Under the pieces are notes generated by a model. That model was not told where the DNA came from. It saw only the letters and a program-made list of their open reading frames with translations, and did not search any database. DNA of 64,000 nt, from NCBI GenBank assembly GCA_020891255.1, contig BQFW01000008.1, positions 806,001 to 870,000 of the forward strand, given 5' to 3'. Below, piece after piece: positions 59,740 through 64,000 of this stretch (positions within the stretch are counted from its first letter, which is position 1; each line of letters starts with the position of its first letter). The DNA is from Entomortierella parvispora E1425 (Eukaryota; Fungi; Mortierellomycota). Position numbers and translations under genes: made by a program.

Positions 59740-61036
59740 CTAGACAACTCCCTCTAGGCAATGGCTCTTTCGGTACAGAATGTCGTAATGTCCAGGGCGA
59801 TACAAAAGGACCAGTGGTGGCATGTAGGGCTCTGTATCAGGTGAAAAGGGCAAAAAGTTGACCTCATCGGCACTCTGATTTCCGCTTAGATATGCAACCT
59901 CGATTCCGATATGCATGGCCTTTGTTAAAGCGATCAGCATCATCTCCTCGCTCTCCCGGCCCATCGCCTCGACATGCATTGAGCAGTACTCGTCCATGGT
60001 CTGACCAAATTCCAGGAAGGGTGCATAGTCCTCCTGATGGGTCTTGAGATAGGCCGAAGCCACCAATCGAAAGTGCATCACAATTGAATTCGAGATCTCA
60101 TCTGTTTGAAAGGCAGTCAGCAGAGCCTCAGGAGTTGAGGTTGGAACAGATTCCAGGGTTTCAAGCGTCACTGCATAAAAGTCCTCGAACGCCAATGGCT
60201 CAAATTCTGCAGCCAATAAGAGATCTTTAGATTCCTCCATTGCTTTGATAGCGTGTGTGTACAGCTCTGGCTTCGTCTTTGCCAACATGACTCTTTCAAA
60301 CCAGGCAAATGCAATAGCTAGAGATCAAAAGGTCAGAGAAGAGTTAGGAAAATGCAGATAGACCAAAACGAATACATGCAACATCACTACGACATGATGC
60401 CTCGGCCTCGTTCTTTACCTCGGTAAAAGCAGTTTCCTAGACATAGTGGGGGTCAGTCAAAGTGCTGAAGAGTCAGTGATACTGCCAATTTTTCAAATGA
60501 GTTGCACCGCTCTCCAGATCCTTGAAAGCAGTCTACAGGTCCTTACCATCGCCTCTTGATCTCCTCATCCTATCGTGGGTGTCAGACAAGTTCTATTGAA
60601 GCCCAAAGGTCCCGTTAGCCATGTCTACTATATGGACAAGTTCCTAATCCTCAAATCATACGGTATCCATCAATACCTTGATCTTGTTTTTGAACGCCTG
60701 ACTTCCATTCTCGTACTCTTTTTCAAGTTCAGTAAGGTCCACAGAGTTGTCGACCAAGGGATGCGCATTCGCCTCTTCGTCCTTGATGGCCTGCATTTGC
60801 GTTAGGATCTGCTCGTCCGTCAATTGAATCTCATTAGACTGCGCCGTTGGCTCTCCTTGTCTTGGCTCCTGTGATGCAGTGGACAGTGATTGTGCGGTGG
60901 TGGATTCATTAGCAGGGGTTGCAAGCATGGCTCCTGGCACTGCGGCTTCTGCGGCGACTGCGGTGGCTGTTGCGGTTGTGGTGGACAGAACCGGAGTACT
61001 GAAAGTCTCGGGTGTGGGTTCCTGATGCTCGTGCAT
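59740..61036 (-). CDS. OTUB1: Otubain-family deubiquitinase (peptidase C65), 333 aa, 4 exons
   Basis: Exons 60677-61036, 60547-60592, 60419-60436, 59740-60317 (1002 nt). Catalytic motifs RRSRGDGNCFYRA and LLYRPGHYDILY. Confidence 0.92.
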
Positions 61037-61152
61037 GGCAAATGCGAGTTTGGACTGGGATGTGGGTGGGTGAAAAAAAAAGAAGGAAATAAAAAGAAAG
61101 GGGAGAGAAGAAGCTTCTTTGCTTCCATTCATGGACACACGTCATCGCCGGC

Positions 61153-61169
61153 TCGCGTTCGCGTCGCGT
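61153..61169. promoter_or_regulatory. Three consecutive TCGCGT (ACGCGA) boxes upstream of the otubain ATG
   Basis: TCGCGTTCGCGTCGCGT read directly, next to an A10 tract, in the 220-nt SAC1-OTUB1 gap. Confidence 0.4.
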
Positions 61170-61256
61170 GCTATTCATTGTTTTCATTCAAAAAAAAAAA
61201 ACTCTACGCTGCGATTCTCTAACTCCTCGTTCGTCTTTGTCATTTCTTTTTTTTTT

Positions 61257-63910
61257 CTACTCTTGCTTCAATCCGACGGCTGCCTTGACTTCCGACACCT
61301 TCTCGGACACCTTGGCTACGAATGGGGACACGGGGACATAAGGAAGAGGGACCAGTCTAGGCCAGTTGACGTAGCTAACACCGTTGGCAACAATGAACTG
61401 GAACACATAAGACATCACAGCGAGCCAGAATGATCCAAAGAGAATGACGGCCGTGCTCAAGGAGTCTATTGATATCAAGAGTGTCGAATCAACGTTAATA
61501 CAAGATTCTCACTGTCATCCTTTCCACCTTTTTAAAAGGAGGCAGGGTCTTCCATACCTTCGGGCACAACAATGGCTGCCACCAGCATGGCAAATCCAAG
61601 AACCAAAACAGCAGGCAAAGCCTTGATCTGAATGGGGCGGGTATCAACAAGAGGGTATGACTTCTTTCCGTCGACTTCGTATTGAAGGAACAAATCGTAG
61701 GCATCCTGACGGTGTCCGTCCATAAAGTTGTTCTTGAGATAGCGAACAATGGAGTTTTGAAGATCCTGGAGGGCACCAGCCTTGGTACGGTTTCCAGTTC
61801 TAATAGGGCGGTAGAAATTGAATGAGATTTTTTTCCCCTTCTGTTGAGCAGCTTTCAATATCAGAAATATTTGAAGAAGAGGTTGCTCCCTTACCTGGTA
61901 AAGTCAGTCTTCAAGGCTCCAGTTCCGGAATACGCACAACTGACAACATCGGCATTATCAGCCCAAACTATTTGGAAAGAATAAAAGGCGAATTAGTACA
62001 GGATCAAGAGGTCGACATGGCTTTCCTTATGATGGCGCTCGTACCATTGCGGAAGAGCGACTCGAATTGGTCAAAGTTCTCAAACTTCTCATCGGCACCC
62101 AAGATACCAATCTCGCGGAGCTGACGGTTGAGAACCCAGCGGGAAACAACCGACTGCACAACATTGGTTCTGTCGAGACAATCCATGCAGTTGGTGCGAA
62201 CAACGGATGTCTGCTTCTGTGCAACCTTCTCCTGACCCTCCTTGCTGACTTCTGCCTTGAAGTATCTACATTGTTGGACAATTTCAAAAAGAATAGATTA
62301 TGATTAGTTTTTGCCATGACAGTTTGAGAGTCTATTTTGGTGGCGTCATGGTCACACCCTTCATTCGCATTAACGGATGCACCTACCCCTGGGAGACCAG
62401 CTCCTCGTGAAAGTGGTCCAACAACAAGGAAACACGGTGCCACTTCATCTTGCTGCACTCGTGGTGGAAATCGAAATGATGGTACTTGATATCAGCATCG
62501 TTCAAAGTATCAATGTGCTTCTGGAATGCAACGCCCATGGGTCCTTCGTAACCCTTCTTGTTGATAAGGTTGATCACCAACTGTGGTCCGTAGAACTGTT
62601 TCTGCGTCTCAAAATGCTTACTGAAGGAGTTTTCCTAATATGAATTGAAATGAAATGGCGAACTGTGAGATGTTTGCTCCTTTGAACACCCTACGGGGAA
62701 ACGTTATCCTTGACAGATCTCCAAAAGTACCTACCGTCTCGGGGTTTTCAAAGATCTTGAGCTTGGGGGTATACTTGACGTTGTTGATCTGGGTCCAGTA
62801 GATGGGGATGGATCCACGAGTCTGAACATGAGCAAGAACAATCTGTCCGCCTGGCAAGGCCGAGGCCGATCCTTCCAGTCCCGAGTCAGCAATGACAATC
62901 TGCTCCGTCTCGTTAAAGTTGGACACATTTCCTTGAGCATCCACACCGCGAGAGAAGTAACGGGTTCCAGCGCGATGGCGAGATCGACGAGAAAAGAGCG
63001 CAAAGGTGAAAGGCTTCTTGTTGATCTCGGCCGTCTTGATCTCTGCGAATCCGTTCACAACAGGCAAGATAAAGTTGCTCAACTAGAATGAAAATATATA
63101 AAAAGAATGTTAATCAAAGGAGCTCTTTGGAGAAAGACTTTGACTGGATACAATCGAATCCAACGTACATCCTGCTGCTTGTCCTCGATGAACTTGGACT
63201 GCAGGCGACGGTTCCAGAAGAATCGCTCATCGGCCTAGCATTGAAAAGAGAGAACAAAGGTGAGCTTGGATCCCATACAGCAGTTGTCACCAAAAAAAAA
63301 AATCGATCCCATGACTTACACGTTCCCAGATGGGCTGCTTGTTGTCCTTCAGAGCAGACTGGCGTTGAAGAGTGTGGGTCAGCTCATATCCATAGGAAAA
63401 GTGGAACTGACCCGACTGGAGATGGGCATGGAGCAAGGACAGGTACGAAGCCTCTTCGTCAACCTAAAGACATGGCAAAAGATGGAGGATGTGTCAGCAT
63501 GATGCTGCTGTAGGTTGTGTGGGCCCTACTTTCTTGGAACTGCCCTCCTACCTGGGATGCAGTCAGAGCGAGGTTGTTGCGCGAGAGAGGCAAGACCTTG
63601 TAGTCCTTGACCTTGTAGATGTCGTGCTCTCCAATGCGTCCAATGTTTGTTCTCTCCGTGATAACAACCATGTACTCGCCTAATACCAACGTCGAGCCAC
63701 CGCAGAGGAAAGGAAAGAAAGCAAGGAACGGTCAGCTGGAAGCAAAGGGCTCTGATCGATCCATGTTCATTAATGCGATATTTCCAGCAAGGCCAGGATC
63801 AGCCAGCTGTGCCTTTGGCACTCAAAACTCACCAGCCAACAGACGAATAAAGCCAATGACACCAAAAATGTTCAAAACCTCCTCATCGGTGGAGACCTTG
63901 GTGGCGGGAG
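61257..63910 (-). CDS. SAC1: SAC1 phosphatidylinositol-4-phosphate phosphatase; 5' end lies beyond the window, 10 exons visible
   Basis: Exons 63833-63910, 63552-63679, 63320-63463, 63169-63234, 62735-63082, 62387-62634, 62045-62265, 61895-61967, 61558-61799, 61257-61465. Motifs: RAGTRYFSRG..GNVSNFNETEQ, QTRGSIP, catalytic RTNCMDCLDRTN, two C-terminal TMs, YVNWPRL. Confidence 0.95.
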
Positions 63911-64000
63911 CTAAAAGGATGCGAAATGTATTGTTAGTGGAAATGGTCGATTCATGCGGATAAAAAAAGGCGATTGCCCTGAGATGTGCGTTTTACAGTT

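Noticed and set aside
61257-61478. 73-aa ORF as an independent small membrane protein
   Set aside because: It is the last exon of SAC1 (second TM and YVNWPRL), joined in phase to exon 61558-61799.

Overview
Intron-rich eukaryotic genomic DNA from a fungus. An early-diverging lineage such as Mortierellaceae is inferred from gene content, GT-AG introns with CTAAC/CTAAT-type branch sites, long homopolymer tracts and S/Q/N-rich insertions in proteins. I assembled gene models by hand, checking splice phase at each junction, for about 20 protein-coding genes. In order: a 3'-truncated MFS transporter, GH5 glucosylceramidase/steryl-glucosidase-like enzyme, PMC1 Ca2+-ATPase, an attractin/MEGF8-like CUB-EGF-Kelch-TM receptor, a TMEM179-like tetraspan protein, AFG3 m-AAA protease, a 3xKH RNA-binding protein, PCC1, an orphan type I membrane protein, a TPT/SLC35 transporter, a small SVIP-like acylated protein, an MGR3-like TPR protein, an SCYL3-like pseudokinase, a KAR9-GAR protein, PRP46, a divergent 14-3-3, an F-box-like protein, an otubain, and a 5'-truncated SAC1. 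I found no rRNA, tRNA, CRISPR array or intact transposon. The most notable items are: the attractin-like receptor, whose animal-type tail motifs are dispersed, lying tail-to-tail with the TMEM179-like gene; a frame break in its CUB domain; a protein-like in-frame extension behind a TAA; micro-exons, one carrying the otubain catalytic Cys; a CaaX box on the GH5 enzyme; and a decayed 207-bp tandem repeat with a CGCG-box cluster upstream of it. All family assignments come from motif recognition and memory, not database searches.
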